Below are positions 61,796-64,000 of a DNA stretch of 64,000 nucleotides, piece after piece (position 1 is the stretch's first letter; every line of letters starts with the position of its first letter). Made by a program: the position numbers and the translations under genes. The notes under the pieces are model-generated. The model ran no database searches. It was not told the origin of the DNA and worked only from the letters and a program-made list of their open reading frames with translations. Source of the DNA: an uncultured cyanobacterium (GTDB taxonomy: Bacteria > Cyanobacteriota > Cyanobacteriia > Cyanobacteriales > CAWCAG01); contig CAWCAG010000007.1 in assembly GCA_963793425.1 (NCBI GenBank), positions 384,001 to 448,000 of the forward strand, read 5' to 3'.

Positions 61796-64000
61796 ATGAA
61801 AAGTGCATTCCTCAACCACCTTAATAGCCCCAAACTGCCGGTAATTGTCTTTGATGGGGCGATGGGAACTTCCCTACAAACCCAAAACCTCACCGCAGCA
61901 GATTTTGGTGGGGCGGAATATGAAGGTTGCAATGAGTATTTGGTGCATACGAAACCCGAAGCAGTGAAAAAGGTGCATCGCGGTTTCTTGGAGGTGGGTA
62001 CAGATGTAATTGAAACGGATACCTTTGGTGCTACTTCTGTGGTTTTGGCAGAGTATGACTTAGGTGACCAAGCTTATTACTTGAATAAACGGGCAGCAGA
62101 ATTAGCAAAGGAAGTAGCCACAGAATACTCAACCCCAGAAAAACCTCGCTTTGTGGCCGGTTCTATAGGACCAGGGACTAAATTACCCACCTTGGGACAT
62201 ATTGATTTTGATACCCTCAAAGATGCTTATGTAGAACAGGTTGAGGGGTTATATGATGGCGGGGTTGATTTGTTGTTGGTGGAGACTTGTCAGGATGTGT
62301 TGCAAATTAAAGCTGCTTTAAATGCTATTGAAGAAGTGTTCGTTAAAAAAAAGGAACGCTTACCTATTATGGTTTCTATCACAATGGAACAGAAGGGGAC
62401 AATGTTAGTTGGTTCAGAAATTAGTGCCGCATTAGCTATTCTTGAACCCTATAAGATTAATATTCTCGGTCTAAATTGTGCAACGGGACCGGATTTAATG
62501 AAGGAACATATTAAATATTTATCGGAACATTCTCCTTTTGTTGTTTCCTGCATTCCCAATGCTGGTTTGCCAGAAAATGTTGGAGGGGAAGCACATTATC
62601 GCTTAACACCAATGGAATTGCGTATGTCTTTGATGCACTTTGTCGAAGATTTGGGAGTGCAAATTATTGGTGGTTGTTGTGGCACTCGTCCAGATCATAT
62701 CCAACAATTGGCAGAAGTGGCTAAGGAGTTAACCCCAAAAGTAAGGCAGCCCCAATATGAATCTGCAGCAGCTTCTATTTATAGTACCCAAACGTTACCA
62801 ACAGGAAAACTCTTTCTTAATTGTGGGGGAAAGATTAAATGCCAGTGGTTCAAAGAAATGTCGCACTCTTTTAAATAATGAAGACTGGGACGGTTTAATT
62901 TCTTTGGCAAAGTCTCAAGTTAAGGAAGGGGCGCAAATTCTGGATGTGAACGTTGATTATGTGGGTAGGGATGGGGTGCAGGATATGCACGAGTTGGTAT
63001 CCCGTTTGGTTAACAATGTTAATTTGCCTCTGATGTTGGATTCTACGGAATGGGAGAAAATGGAAGCGGGGTTAAAGGTTGCTGGGGGTAAATGTATCCT
63101 CAACTCCACCAACTATGAAGACGGGGAAGAGAGGTTTTATCAGGTTTTAGAATTAGGGAAAAAGTACGGTGCAGGTATTGTAGTGGGAACCATTGATGAA
63201 GAGGGAATGGGGCGTACTGCTGATAAGAAGTTTGCTATTGCTAAACGTGCTTATAATGCTGCCATAGAGTATGGCATTCCCCCCCAAGAAATCTTTTTTG
63301 ATCCTTTAGCTTTACCGGCTTCTACGGGTATTGAAGAAGATCGAGAAAATGCTAAAGCAACGGTGGAAGCAATTAAACGTATTAGGGAAGAGTTGCCCGG
63401 TTGCCATATAATTTTGGGAGTTTCTAATGTTTCTTTTGGTTTGAATCCTGCTGCTCGTCAGGTATTGAATTCTGTGTTTTTGCATGAAGCTATGGCGGTG
63501 GGTTTAGATGCAGCTATTGTTAGTGCGAGTAAGATTTTACCTCTAGCGAAAATTGAAGCAGAACATCAACAAATTTCTCAAGATTTAATCAGTGATCGCC
63601 GTCAGTTTGAGGGGGATATTTGTACCTATGATCCCTTAATGAAATTAACAGAATTATTCCAAGGCAAAACCACGAAACGCGAACAAAAGGTAGATGAGAA
63701 TTTACCAGTGGAAGAGAGGTTAAAAAATCATATTATTGATGGGGAAAGAATTGGTTTAGAAGAACAATTGGAAAAAGCCTTAACTCAGTATCCTCCTTTG
63801 CAGATCATTAATACTTTCCTGCTTGATGGCATGAAAGTTGTAGGAGAATTATTTGGTTCGGGGCAAATGCAATTACCTTTTGTACTTCAATCTGCCCAAA
63901 CTATGAAAGCAGCGGTGGCATATTTAGAAACCTATATGGACAAGGATGAAAGTAGTAGTAATGCTAAAGGGACAGTGGTTATTGCTACGGTGAAAGGAGA
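61796..64000 (+). CDS. metH: B12-dependent methionine synthase, 3'-partial (frameshift near 62794, probably a sequence error)
   Basis: [15 protein letters not shown] and GGCCGT. The shifted frame continues [23 protein letters not shown]... through [18 protein letters not shown]...IATVKG to the end of the window. Confidence 0.96.

Noticed and set aside
1..64000. tRNA or rRNA genes
   Set aside because: No cloverleaf with a T-loop GTTCRA signature or rRNA-like segment was recognised in the intergenic regions.

Overview
This window is chromosomal DNA from a cyanobacterium, shown by frequent HIP1 GCGATCGC sites, heptameric short tandem repeats in intergenic regions, and the genes petJ, btpA, ftn2, ftrC and an SLH-porin. 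Most of it is core housekeeping: pdhA, acpP-fabF-tkt, sbcD, murE, pyrB, glyS, cobU, thrC, rimO-crhR, lptA/B/FG and metH. The main accessory locus is a five-gene cluster at 55.2-61.6 kb that looks like a chaperone-usher-type (archaic/Csu-like) fimbrial system. It has three secreted ~16 kDa pilin-like subunits, a PapD-like chaperone and an 876-aa usher-like outer-membrane protein, and the chaperone is cleanly split by an IS630 insertion. Other notable items are an ~8 x 152-bp hairpin-rich tandem array (21.6-22.8 kb), an IS200/IS605 element with intact tnpA but an internally deleted mini-tnpB, and a CysH paralogue with Ser in place of the catalytic Cys. There is also a candidate orphan sRNA near a perfect CRP-type box (28.1-28.4 kb), a Yfr1-complementary site at the porin RBS, and nested MITE/REP-like mosaics. 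Single-base frameshifts in pdhA, murE and metH are most likely sequencing or assembly errors. All family assignments come from motif recognition by eye; no database searches were run.
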